Assembly: GCF_018350175.1 (NCBI RefSeq)
Contig: NC_058382.1
Span: forward strand, 58,220,001-58,284,000
Length of the DNA: 64,000 nt
Origin: Felis catus
Lineage: Eukaryota
Direction: 5' to 3'
Part shown: positions 13,159-25,279 of the stretch, piece by piece
Position numbering within the stretch: the first letter of the stretch is position 1
Layout: each line of letters begins with the position of its first letter
The notes under the pieces: generated by a model
Seen by the model: the letters and a program-made list of their open reading frames with translations, nothing else
What the model was told of the DNA's origin: nothing
Databases searched by the model: none
Translations under genes and position numbers: made by a program

Positions 13159-14299
13159 GGGCCACATCCGTGCCTGGCCCAGGAGCTAGTCTCCAGGAGG
13201 ATGTCTTGAGCTGGGGACATCCCGTGGGTTCAGGCGGGACCCACCGGAGGGTGGATGGACGGTCAGGCCGTGGGGGACAGCGGGGACAGGGTGGGCCAGG
13301 CAGATGCTAAGGCAGGACGTGGCAGGGCTGAGCCAGGATTTCGTCACGAGGCCCCGGGGAGCCCCTCTCGGACCCCATCGTGCTGCAAGCCAGTGCCCAG
13401 CCACCTTTTAAGACTCGCATCTCGTCGGCCAGAGGGCTGCAGAGACCCAAAGCAGTTAGGCCTGGGGGAGACAGGGAGATGTGCGTGTTATCCACAGGCG
13501 GATAATTATGCCCCCCCTCCCCTGTCACTCCTTCCCCAGCAGTCCCCAGCAGCAGGCAGCAGGGAGGGCTGCTCACACATGCCTTTTTTGCCTTGAACCG
13601 GCTTCCGCCTGGTCCCTGGTGCACAGGCTCCGGGAGGGAGAAGAAAGCCTCGTCGGCTTGGCCCCGGGCAGCAGATCAGGACGGTGGCCGGAGCCGAATC
13701 GGAGGAGGCAGGCCCCACGCGGGCTGTCGCCGCGTCCACAGAAGGTGCCTGTGGGGGTTTGCGGGAGGCACGCTCACGCCAGTATGTTCCCTCCCCCCGG
13801 AGACCTCCCTCGGCACTGCTCTGTTGGCTCCACAGGAAACAGAACGCTGACAAGAGCTGTCGCGGATTATGAATGGACCGCCTCCAGAAGTGGCCGGCCT
13901 TTGTCCCCGGGAGGCGTGTGAGGACAGGCTGGGAAGGGCAGGGGGGTGCTTTTCGGGGATGTGCCGCGTGCGGCCCCGGCGGTCCCCAACACCGTCTCCG
14001 TCCGATTTCTCCGGCCTCCACGCAGCCACGAGAAGCGAGCCCCTTGGCCGTGGCCATCCAGGTCGCTGCCCGAGGCTTGCCCCGCCGCTGTCTCAAGGAG
14101 GTCCCCCAAACACGGATCTCGCCGGCGGTCCGCTCCAGCAGCGGGCCCGCGCTGGAGGCCGGATGCCCGGTTCTGCGCGTTGACCGCGGCCGTGCGATGG
14201 ACTTGCCCTTTGGCTTTGTCGTTTGTGTTGCTTTTCGTTAAGAAGGGCACCTGAGCTCCAGCCTCTTTCCCGGCTCTCACCCGAGGGGAACACCACAGA

Positions 14300-14505
14300 G
14301 AGCGGCTTAAAACGCAGGGTCTGGGGCTCCGAGGCAAGCTTTTCCTCTTACCGGCAGCGTGACCTTGGGCCAGCCGACTTTATTCCTCTGGACCTCCGTG
14401 TTCTTATCGGAAAAATGGGGATCCTGATAGGCTTGCTTTGGTTGTGGGTACAAAATAGATACTTAAAGTGCCCACTGCAGTGCTGGGTATTAAGTAGATG
14501 CCTCT
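14300..14505 (+). mobile_element. MIR
   Basis: gtgaccttgggccag...cctctggacctccgtgttcttatcggaaaaatgggga core. Confidence 0.7.
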
Positions 14506-14514
14506 TAAGGGGAC

Positions 14515-14968
14515 CTACTGGTAACGTGTTCAGCTAACAAAGGCCCTGAGTCCCAGCGGCTCATCGTGCTACAAGTAACGGTTTCCGACTCACATCGGAA
14601 ACTAGACAGGAGTAATTCTCCACCAGGTGCCCCCATGACGTATATTCGGCAGGAGGCCGCGTCAGGGGCCTCTGCTCTTAACCATCTTTGGGGGGTCTGG
14701 TGGAGGCGCTGCGTGTTTTAGACGTGGGTCCGGGTCGTCCTGGGAGCGGACATCTGGGAGGCAGACCCAGAAGGAGAACACGGAGGCTCCCGCGGGAGGT
14801 GGCTCGGGGCCAGGCCTGGGAGTGGTGAGTTATTCCCTTCCACCGCGTTCTCTTGGCCAGCACTCGGTCATCTGGCCCCACACATGTGCATGCGAGGCTA
14901 AGAAACACCGTCTGGGTCTGAGCCCAAGAGGAGAGAGAGAAACAGGTTCGGTGAAAAGCTGGCCGCTA
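14515..14968 (-). mobile_element. MLT1J/K-type MaLR LTR remnant
   Basis: ttggccagcactcggtcatctggccccacac...gaggctaagaaacaccgtct...agcccaagaggagag...aaacaggttcggtgaaaagct. Confidence 0.5.
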
Positions 14969-15419
14969 GGGCTCCTTGTTATTGTTACCCCAGGCCTCAC
15001 GGGGCGGCTGGGACGCAGAAGGCCAGCTAAGCCCTCGGTTCATAGGCTGATCTGGCAGGGCTGGTTGGCCGTCCCCCGGGCAGATGGCCACACCCGATGA
15101 TCCCTTACAGCCCAGGCTGCTGCCCAGACCCCAGCCAGCAAATGTGGGTCACCCGGGAGGAGACGGGAGGGTGGGCAGGTCACTGGGAAGCCTCCCCATC
15201 CCAGTGGGTGTTGACTGCAGCTTCGCGGAGGACGGGCCACCTGACCACGCACCCGTGCGGGGGTCCTGGCCCCTTCATGTTAACCCAGGCCCTCGCTACA
15301 GACCCGAAGGAGAGGCTGACCCCGCTGGCCCGAGGCCCATGGCGTCCAGCCCTGGATGCCACCCAGGGCCTCCCTGGGTTGGCAGCACGGAGGGCATTCA
15401 TTTCTACAAAGTGACAGAA

Positions 15420-15860
15420 TGTATTAGTTCCCCGTGGCTGCTGTAACAAAGTACCACAGACCGGGTGGCTTAAAACATCAGAGATTTATTTTCTCCGGGT
15501 GCTGGAGGCCAGAAATCTAAAACCAGGGTATCAGCAGGCCCAACACACTCCCTCCAAGGGCTCTGGGGGAAGATCCTGCCTGCCTCTTCCAGCTCCCGGG
15601 GCACCACGTGTCCCCCTGGCCGTGGTCGAGTCCCTCGTTTCTCTGCCTCCATCCTCGCGTGGCCTCTCCGCATGGCCTCTCTAAAAAAGCGTCTTTTTAG
15701 AAGGACGCTTGTCAGATTTAGGGCCCACTCTGACAATCCAGGATGACCTCACCTCAAGGTCCTGAATTCCATCTACACAGACTCCTTTTCCCAATGTGGC
15801 CACAATCGCAGGTTCCAGGCGGACACGGGTTTTGGTGGGGCCGCCGTTCAACCCACGGCA
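15420..15860 (-). mobile_element. MLT1C-like MaLR solo LTR
   Basis: TG..CA ends; tgtattagttccccgtggctgctgtaacaaagtaccacagaccgggtggcttaaaaca...atccaggatgacctcacctcaag...gttcaacccacggca. Confidence 0.85.
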
Positions 15861-16139
15861 CGGGGGCAGCTGGAGGAGGCCCCCTGAGGCCTGGCCCCCC
15901 CCAAGATGGGACAGCACAGCCTGGATGTGCACTGTAGCCCCTGGGGAATAGGAGAGGAAAGGCGGGAACAGCACACAAAGACGGAAGCCAGGCCTGGGTT
16001 TGCAGATGTCGTCGGGAGGGATGCTTGGACAGAGCTCCCCCGCCCCCCATTTCTGTCCGGACCTCTCAGACCTGCCTGTCTTGAGACTTAGAACATTCGC
16101 ACGCCGTCCGGTCACCTAAGGACTAGAGCGGGACAGACG

Positions 16140-16810
16140 GGGCCAGTGGGTGTGTCCACTCCCTGTGTGCCCTTCGGGTGAGTGACTTCACGTCCAGGGG
16201 CCTCGGTGTCCTCATGTGCAAAATGGGGTGACGGTCACTGTAGGTCCGCCTCCCAGGGTGGGGGCAGGTGCCAGATAAGATAACACCCTTAGCCAAGCAC
16301 GTAGCACGCAGCCCTGGGTGTACTCAGGCCCCATCAACGGCTGTTATTATCGCTATTTTTCAAAACACGGGAGTAATTACAGCTGTATTTATGGAGCCCT
16401 TGCTGGCTGCCAGGCACCAGGGTGGTTATCCACCTGGATAACCTGGAATGCGGGAGTGATTTCATCCCATCTTCCAGGTGAGGAAACTGAGGCTCAAAAT
16501 GGTGAGGTCACCACCTGAGGGCACACAGTGGGTGGCCCCCCCCCCCCCAGCTGAAACTTGAACTCTGGCAAGCCCAGCTCGAAGCTGGTGGTCAGGAACC
16601 TGGACTCTGGAACCAGCTCAGGTTGAAATCCCAGCTCTACCATTTACTGGCTGTGTGTCCTTGGGCGGGGTCCTTGACCTCTCTGTGCCTCATCTAGAAA
16701 ACGAAAACGCCTAATGGTGACCTTGAACAGCATTGTCATGAGGATCCAGTGAGTTCCCTGTGAAAAGCGCTTAGCACAGCAGCTGGCAAAGACCGAGTGC
16801 TCAGGAAACA
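16140..16810. mobile_element. Cluster of three MIRs (+16140-16345, -16370-16530, +16585-16810)
   Basis: cctcggtgtcctcatgtgcaaaatgggg; cccatcttccaggtgaggaaactgaggctca; ctctggaaccag...gttgaaatcccagctctaccatttactggctgtgtgtccttgggc...aaagcgcttagcacag. Confidence 0.8.
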
Positions 16811-19800
16811 TCAGCTGGCACGATTATCCTAAAGAGGGAAGTGGAGGGGGCAGAGCCAAAGGGGCATTTCAGGTGAGCCACGCTCCCGGCCTTCCCTCTG
16901 CTTCCTTTCCTGGGATCCCCGGGGAGCACCGCCAGGTGTGGTGGTGGCCTGGTGGCCTCCGGGCCTGGCCCAGGTGGCCACCGGCGTGCCGGTGGGGACA
17001 CAAAGGCAGCAGGCCCCGGGAGCCGGCCCCCTCCCCGCCCGGCTGTGCTCTCCAGACCCCGGCTGCAGCCTCAGTGTCCTCAGCACGTGTGGGGAGGCTA
17101 TTTTTATGGCGTTCAGCTGACGCTCTTGGCCGGGGAGGCTGTCTCCGTCCCCGCGCCGTGGCGACAGCAGCCCCGCTAGGGGGAGTCTGGGCCCCCTCCA
17201 TTTTGAAGGAGCCGCAGGGGAGGGGCGGGCGGGGGCCCTGCATCTTCAGAGTGGGTGTCCAGGGGGCTCCACTCGGCTTCCAGGGAAGCAGCCGGCAGCC
17301 CCCGGCTTGCTTTCCCCTTGAGAAATGCGGCAGCTTTCTTTTCCCTGCACCCTGCCCGGGACAAGGCCCAGCGTGCCCTCTGACCCTCGGCTGGCTGACA
17401 GCGTGGGCAGGGGGCTCTCAGGGCGGCGGTCCCAGCCGTAAGAAGGGGCCCTGGAAGCTCAGCCTGCCCCCCTTCTGCGTGTTTTCTAGAAACGCCCTCC
17501 TTCTCCCCAGAGGTGAGCTGATCCACAGGGGGAGGGTCGTTGCCACGACCGGCCGGCCTCTAAGAGAAGACAGGGGTGGAGAGAGACGTCCTGTCCTTGC
17601 ACGGAACCCCCATGAGGTTCTGCCCTTCTCACCTGGTCCAGGTGTGGCCCAGACTGGCTGCCCTTCTTGGCCCCCCCCCCCCACCGGCAGGCCATCGCCA
17701 CCCTCAGAGGCGGGGCGGCTCCCCTGGGACTCAATGGCCACAGTGAGGAGTTCCAAAAACCACAGCCAAGCCACAAGGGCCGGTGGGAAAGGGAAAATCC
17801 TTCCAGCTCATCGTTCAGACACATTATGGCAAACAAGCGAGCCATTCAGCGGACAGTCTGCCCGCTAAGCAGGCTGCTTGGCACAGCGGGGGTTTTGCTT
17901 TCTATTTTTCAGCTGTTTTGGCTTCGGGTCAGGAGCTGTGGTGCAGCCGCCCTCCCCTAGTGGCGCTCACCTTTTCCTCCCGTACAGATGTCCCTGTCAC
18001 CAGGAAATGTCACCAACCTACGTGGAGCCGCCTAGACCCGGGGCCAAAGGAGGCTTGGTGTCACTAGACTCCAGCAGCTCTCACCTTCTTCCCGGGGGAG
18101 TGGCCAAAAGCAATTAGGGGTTGGCCTGGGCTTTTGAGATAATTCAATGCAGGCATTCAGATGCTTATAGGGAGAGTTGTGTGCCTTCCTCGGGGAAGCG
18201 GAGAGGCTGGTGCTGGCCCACCAGTGTGGGGCCTCCTACCCCCCTCTTACGGCTCGCCCCCCGCCAGCCGGGCTGGCGGGGAGCCTCCCCCAGGCTCTGC
18301 CTTGACTCCCCTGCCCTGTTTCAGTCCTGGAGGGCCCCCGACTGGCTGTGTCCAGAGGCCCTCGCGTAGAAGCCAGGCCAGTTGGAGCTGGAGACCGAAA
18401 ACCCCTTTGGCATTCCCCTGGGGCTGGCGGCGTTCTCCACAGGTGGCTCTCAGAAGGCAAGCTCCTTTCTGGCACCACCTTCCCCATTTTAGCAGGGGAA
18501 GGGGGGCACCCAGCGGATTGGGGGAACATCCCTCCCTCTGTACCCTGCCTGTGATTGGCCCATAATTACAGGTTTATTGCCTGTACAGCTATTGTGTAAT
18601 GACATGTTTGCAAATTAATTTTTATGGCTCCTGCCATTAGCATATACAGTAGAGGAAGGTTTAGTATTAATTACTAGGTTGTTCCTGTAATCCCGGAGAA
18701 TTAAAAACCAATAAAAGAATGACAACAGAAACTGATAGTTTAGGGTCTTTTAAAAATAGTTTAAAAAAAATTTTTTTTTCCCCAAAGTAGGACCAGAGAT
18801 TTTCCAAGCTTAAGACGCACTTGGAGGGGGCGGCCGCTCAGCCGGGCCCTCCCGTGCGCGCCCCGGTGCCCCCCACTCCCAGAGGGGCGCGGATTATCAA
18901 GTGTGCCGGTGATAAGTGGGTGATAAATGGAGGGGAGGCGAAAGCTGCGATCCCGGCCCAGGCCGAGCCGAGCCGAGCCGAGCCGGAGGCGGGGGGCGGG
19001 GGCGGGGGGGGGCGCGCAGGTGCTGAACCCCGACCCCGCCGCGCCGGGGCCGTTGTCTCCCTCGCCAGGCCGCCAGCGGCGGCAGGCGCAGGGGGAGGTG
19101 CGGGGAGCGCCGAGCGCGCCGCCACGCAGCCCCGGAAACAAAGGGCCGCCGCCGCCGAGGGCCGGGCGCGACCTCCGGGGTCAGCGCGGGGCGGAGCGGC
19201 CAGATGTCGGCGGCGGGCGCCGGCGGCCCCGCGCGGCCCGTTTCCTCCAGGTCAGCAGCCCCGGCGCCCTCCCGGGTGACCGCGCGCGCTCGGCCGCCCG
19301 CGGGGAGAGGCGCCGGGCGGGGCGCAGGGGGCGGGGGAGGGAGCAGGGGATTAAAAGATGCTCCTCGCACCCCCGGCCGCCCAGCGGGCGGAGGAGGCAG
19401 CCGCCGGCGTGCGGCACCCACCCAGCCGTTGGTGGCGGCGGGGCGGAGCGCCACCTCTCTCTCGGCTTCGTGCGCTCCGCCCAGCCCATTTAAGATCCTC
19501 CGGGCGGGGGGAGGGGGGCGGGGGGGGGAGGTGAGTGGCATTGAGGGGTCAGGAGGAACGCCTGGTGCCCCCACCTCTTCCAATTTGCCCTCCGGAGCTC
19601 TCCTCTAGAGTATCATATTCCGGGAGTTCAATTGTCATCTGAAGCCGCCGCGTTTAGAAGGGACCCCCGGGCTGCCGCTGGGGACCCCTGATTTACGCAG
19701 TGGCTGGAGAGCGTTGGCAGGAACCCAAGCCTGGCGTGACCGCGGAGCCCCGCCCTGCGTACCTGCGGGCTCAGGTCTGTTCCTCAAACCTGGATGGTTG

Positions 19801-21160
19801 TATTTGGGGTCAAAAGGTGACCCCTCAGTGTCACCCAGCCGCGATTCCGGCTGGTTGTGCCACGGAGGGGCCCTTCGGAAGGTGAAAGGGCTTGAAAATA
19901 AAGGGTCACATCCAGAGGCAGCTTTGCAGCGTGCGTTGAAGAGTGTGTGGGGGCGTGGGTAAAGGGATCCTGTCTCTTTAAAATCGCTGGGCTGGACAAT
20001 GAGCGCACAGGATGTGGTTTGGCGGCAGGGTTTTTTCCCCTTCGATTTGGGGAATTATCACATGGGGCCTTCTTGAGCTGGTGTGAAAGAGAGGCGGCGT
20101 GGGGAGGAGAGATACAGACTCCACACAGTCACTCACACACACTCTGTGCAGTTGATCGTTCTCTTAAACCAAATTAGCCAGGGCTCTCGTTACTATGGTG
20201 CAGCCGGGGCTTGCAGAATCCCAGTAATAGCATTTATTAGGTCTATTTGCCTGGAAGCATGCCTTCCCGGATCTGATAATGCACCAGTGCAGGGAGAGTG
20301 TGGAAGAAGGTATCAGGCATTTGATTACACTTGCAACAGGGATTTTTAAGGGTGGGGTGCGAGGAAGAGAAAAGGAGAAAGAAGCCGCCCGCCTTAGGAG
20401 CTCACCCGGGCTGGGCGGTGTGTGCCTTTCCGCAGTCCCGCGTGGGTTCACAAAAGGCGGGCCAGAGCTCCCCCCCCCCACCCCCACCCCGCCCCACTCC
20501 CCGGGCACGGTTTGGGGATTCTCCTCCCAGGCCCCGGCGGCGGGTGAACTCCGGCTCCCGCAGCTGTCAGCCGTGGGTGGGGAGGGCGGGCCGGCGGCCA
20601 GAGCGCAGAGTTGGGCAGCCGAGGGGGGCCCGGCGGCGCCCGCAGCCGCCCACTGTTTGCAAACGGCCCCGCTTTGGGGCAGAGCGGAGCGCCCCGCTGC
20701 CAGCAACGGCAGCCTCCCCGCGTTTGGAGAGGGGAGCCCAGCTCTCGGCGCCCCGATCCTAGTCCGCACGGATCCGCTGCCCGGCTCGGCGGCCGCGCTG
20801 GGGGAAGCTCGCAAGTGAAACTATTATTATCGCCCTGCAAAGCATGGAGCTCTTGGAAGACGCCGCGTAGAGACGGAAGGAGCCGCCGCCGCCTGCAGCC
20901 GCCCGCCGCTGCGCCCCTACCCTTTCGCTTTCATTAGGGGAGACAAATCTGCTGTCAGGCAGCCAGCTTTCCAATTTACCGATAATGATTCTTGCATGAA
21001 AATTGATCGAGGGGCTCTCCACCGCCGTGCGCTCTCGCCTCCCCGCTCTCCTCCTCCTGCTCCTTCTGCCCGGGCGCCCGAGCCCCCGCGAGTTCTTTCT
21101 CCTCCTTCCCCCACCCCTGCTCTCTGAGTCAGTGGTGGGACGCCGGCCCGGGGAGATAAC

Positions 21161-21161
<1 letters not shown>

Positions 21162-21193
<32 letters not shown>

Positions 21194-21209
21194 AAAAAAG
21201 AAAGAAAAA
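21162..21209. repeat. A30 homopolymer plus A-rich tail inside the CpG island
   Basis: Directly visible; no SINE body upstream. Confidence 0.9.
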
Positions 21210-22100
21210 GGTTTTGGGGGGGGGTGTTGGTGGCGAGAGGGGGAGGGGAGCCGGCTCCTCGGCCTGCTTTCTCCTGCCCGAGACTTGTTTGCAATCGCTG
21301 CCTCTTTTATTTACGAGAAGAAATCTCCCCCTCGGTACTTCTTGGCTGTTTGGGTATTAATTTTCTCCTCTCCCCTCTCTCGCTCGCCCCCTCCTCCTCT
21401 TCCCCCACCCCGCCCCTCCTCACCCAGTAGCTAAGGGGAAACGAAAACAAAGCCGATTTCTCCTTGGCAACAAGAGATACCCCCTCCCGCCGCCCCCCCT
21501 TCCTTTTTCCTTCTGGTTCTGAACGTGAAACCCTGTTGGAAACAGGTCCCTTGACCCTCGCCCTTGACATTCAAATGGCTGAATGGAGGAGAGATTGCTA
21601 CTCGCACGTCTTGGGGCTGCTGCTCTCTCTCTCTCTCTCCCTCTCCTCTCTCCTTTTTTTCTTTCAAATGAGTAATCCCTGAAGATCTTAACCCCCCAAT
21701 TTCATCACCCTCACCTCCCCCCTTTATTTTTCTCGCGCTCCTCTCGGCTCTCCCGCCTGCTTCCCTCCGCCGTGCGCCCCCCTCCTTTTTTTATTTGCAT
21801 CTCAAGTCCAAAAGGCAGAAAATACACACGCGGCGAAGACACCGGGCAGCCGTGGAGGCTCCGGCCCGTCCTCGGTCGTCAGTCACCCCATTGTGGATCT
21901 GCCCGGGCCGAGGTGGCCGAAACTGCCCGGGCGCTGGCCCCAGAGAGAGCCTTTTCATCATCTTAGGGAGGGGGAAAAAAGGGAAGAGAAAGACATTTTT
22001 CTCCGTCGCTCTCGGGATCTCTCTTCTGTCTTTATTTTATTGTTTTGGACATTTTTGAGCGCCTGGGCTTGGACGGCCCTTTTTGTCTCACTGCTGGGTT

Positions 22101-22110
22101 AAAAAAAAAA

Positions 22111-22156
<46 letters not shown>
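22101..22156. repeat. A14 immediately followed by T42 homopolymer
   Basis: Directly visible, ending 46 nt upstream of the ATG. Confidence 0.95.
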
Positions 22157-22159
<3 letters not shown>

Positions 22160-22202
22160 TTCTTCATCCCTCTCTGGCCACTATGGAATTCTAATTTGAA
22201 TC

Positions 22203-22239
22203 ATGTTTGGATTGAAGCCGCCACTGTATTACTTACCAG
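22203..22239 (+). CDS. GSE1: First coding exon (coding part) of a GSE1 alternative-promoter isoform; encodes MFGLKPPLYYLP + first base of G; partial CDS
   Basis: ATG at 22203 (A at -3), 37 nt, then a consensus donor CAG|GTAAGC at 22240, inside a CpG island. The peptide matches my recollection of the Gse1 N-terminus MFGLKPPLYYLPGMSHEPKS. Phase 1 fits the shared exon starting GC-ATG-AGC. Downstream exons are not in the window. Confidence 0.85.
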
Positions 22240-25200
22240 GTAAGCGAGCTGTGCGCCTCCCCGGGTCCCGCGCGGCGCCGGCGCGTCCCGGATCCCCCAC
22301 CCCTCCCGACCCCCCCCAGACCCGCACAGCCTGGGTCGGGGCGGTGGGTCGGCCGAGCGCCCCCCCCCCACCTCCACCTCCACCTCCCCCGCGGGCGGGC
22401 GCGCGCGGCCCCGCAGCTCCCGCTGCGGTCCAGCCGGCGGTGTGTGCGCTACGTGCGGCGGGGAGCGCCCACCCGGCCCGCCGCCCCCACCGCGCCGCCG
22501 CCGGGGGTTGCGCGTCTCGTTCCTTTTGTCTGCCCCGAGCCGGCTCCGCCGCGGCGGCGCTGCGAGCGGCCGGGGCGCGCTGCCTTCCAAGGTGAATTAA
22601 GCACCGGGTGTGAAGTTACTTTGCCGCAGGCCGCCCCGATCGGGTGGCAAGCTCCCCCCTCCCGCCCCCAGCCTGGGGCTTATTTTCCTCTGCCTCCTGC
22701 CGGCCCCTTGCGCCCTCTCTGCGCGAGCGTGGCGCGCCTGCCCCCCGCCCCCCTTCCTGCCCGGGTTTCCCTGGAAGGTTTTGTTCCTGCCGAGGTCGGA
22801 GGAGGGGGCCGGGGAAGCTCCGGAGGGTGGTTGGCGTGGCTTCCTGTTTCCCTAACCTTCCTGCGCGCTGACAGCAGCCTGCCGTGTAACTTTCTGTTTC
22901 GGGGCAAGTCGTGCTTGTAACCCAGAGTGGAGGGGCGGGGAGGGGGTGACAGCAGGAGGTTTGGGGAGCCCCTCTTGAGTTCACCTTATTTGGACTTTGC
23001 GACCTTAAAAATAATTACATGTAGGCTAAGGGGAAGCCGGGAAGCCAGGGGTTCCTGGAGAGGGAGGCAGGAGCCTTGGTGATCCCTAGGCCCTCGGGCT
23101 GCCTCCTTGTCACCCCCTTCCAGTGCCCCCGGGGTCGGGAGCAACTGACTAGGGCTGCCCTCCCTGGGCCCCTGGCGCGCAGGTCAGGAAGGCAGGGCAG
23201 CCAGTGTCCGCTTGTACTGGGAACAAGCTGTTTGTATTTTCCCTTCTTTGCTTTGAGAGTTTCGTCTTTGGGAGTTCACACAGTTCCCGTGGAAGTTGGG
23301 GCCACCGTGGACCTGGGGGAGGGGAGACTGGGGTGCTGTAGGGAGAAGGGGAACTTCCTGGGCTCCTGTGGGGGCTTCTCAAATTCTGCAGAAAGAGGCT
23401 GGCCGCGGAGGGTAATTTCTGCACTGTTTTGCTGGGGAAAGGTGCAGGTGGCTGGGTGTTGGGTTTTTTCACTGCACGTTCAGGAACCCCTGTCACTTTG
23501 GCCGAGGCTCCCACAGAACCCCTGCAGTCCCTGGGAGGAGCGTGGGGGGGGAAGGAATGGCCTGGACAGGACCCAGCTCTTCTGGATCTGGCCCTTGCTG
23601 CCCTGGACCAGGTCAAGGGAAGAGGTCGTCCAAGTGTCCCAGAGACTTTAAAAAAAGAAGCAGGAAAGCCTGATGGGTTCTGGGTGAAATCTGTACAGTT
23701 ACTCTTTCTGAGCTTTGTGGCTATTGTAGGGCCCCAGCCCTTCCCAGAAACTGACAAGGTCTGCATTTCATGCTTACTGCCTCCACCGCTTGTGTGAGGA
23801 AGAATCGTTTTCAGGGTCTGTGCTTTATTCGTGAGGTCTTTTTCCCGCAATGCAAGTACAGCTCTTCCCCTCCGTCCACACGGCCCTTCGCGGATCTGAG
23901 GCACATGAGAACCGGGAACCCCCAGTCTGCACAAGGGTTCTGTTCCAACCCCGGGGCTGACGAGCGGGGGCGGTGCTCAGAGCCGTGTCCCCCCCCCCCG
24001 CCCCCCCACAGGAAGATACCAGAAAGCCTCGAGCTGGGGTGATGGATGCATCGGGGCTCCTGGAACCCAAGCTGTGGCTGTAGCATTGCTGCTGTGGCTG
24101 CTTTTCAGTTAGCTGGCCTCCCCCCCCCCCCCTGCACGGGGAGCTGCCGGGGGGGGGGACAGGGACAGTTCCTTCCTCTGTATCTATAGCCCCCCCCCCC
24201 CCCCCCCCCAGTGCTGCGCCTTGCCTTGTAGACACAGTACATGTTTGTGGCAAGAATGAATCTTCTTAAGTACAGGGCGTCTTGAAAGCACAGGTGTTTG
24301 TAATCCACACCCTACTTCACCTGCCATTGGACGGCTGCTGGAACATACTTCTTCATCAGGTGACCGATTTTCTATTTACTCTTGGAGCCTCTGAAAAAAA
24401 AGGAGGAAGTGTCAGGCTAGGAAATTCGAAGCAATTAAGGAAAATCAGTCTTGGCTGGTGTTAAGCCCTCGGGGGCAGCGGGGTGAAGAAGGCAGGTCTG
24501 GACCCCCGGGGGAGGTCAGGGCTCAAGTCCTCCTCGGCCTGTGCAGGGGGGGCTGTCACCCGGTTCTCCCCTCTTTCTCTCTGTCTCTCAAGTTTTCTGT
24601 TTTTAAATTCTCCTACTAGGGTTTTTGTACGTTAGGATTGTGGTATCAGAGCATAGGGGCTCAACTGGGAAGAATCGTGGCGAGATGCCTTCGCTTCTCT
24701 GGGCTTCTGTCAGCTCAGAGTAGTCAAGGTGATAGTCAAAGGGAGGCCTGGTTGTCCTGACCCCTGTCAGGCCCCCTCGGGCGTGCTTTGCAGCAGTCCC
24801 CCCTGTGAATCTCACTCCCACCCCTGAGGTGGGTGCTGGTGCCTGCCCATTTCACAGATGAGGAAAGTGAGGCTCCGAGGAGCTAGGGGATTCGGCCAGC
24901 TTAGACGGGACAGAGCTGGGGTGTGCAACTGGCCACTGCCCCCCACACTGCCCCGGGACAGAGGGGCCTGGTGGCACCCCTTACAGCAGAGGTCTGGGAC
25001 CAGTGCTCTGGAGCTTCTGGGACCCGGTTCTGTTCTGCAACTGCAGAGCCCAGGGCCCAGAACCTGCCCTTCCGGCCCTCACCTCCCGCCCGGGGGCAGT
25101 TCACAGACCGCTGTTCCTGTTGGACCCGCGACAGGATTGAGGCTGGTGGCGGCACGTTCGAAGCCTCCGCCCCCTCTGAGCTGCCACCTCGGGCAGGTGG

Positions 25201-25279
25201 ACTTAAGCTCTCGGGGACTCGATTTTCCCATTTGTGCGATGGGCTCCAGACGTGTATCCAAGTCAGTATCCGTGCGAGG

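Larger units (their letters stand above)
18820..22900. promoter_or_regulatory. Large CpG island / promoter region (dense lobes ~18820-19550 and ~20380-22900) around the GSE1 first exon
   Basis: Very high GC with unsuppressed CpG (many CGCG and GCCGCC runs, GC boxes), no interspersed repeats, and it surrounds an ATG-donor exon. The TSS cannot be placed from sequence. Confidence 0.85.

Noticed and set aside
16873..17868. 331-aa ORF, and similar 200-320 aa ORFs at 2585-3535, 34174-35076, 37561-38505 and 60451-61365
   Set aside because: No recognisable domain, G/P/R/A/S-biased composition expected from high GC, and some overlap old repeats.
22240..22595. Continuation of the 130-aa ORF after MFGLKPPLYYLPG
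   Set aside because: Reads through a consensus donor into GC-rich intron sequence with low-complexity A/R/P/G.
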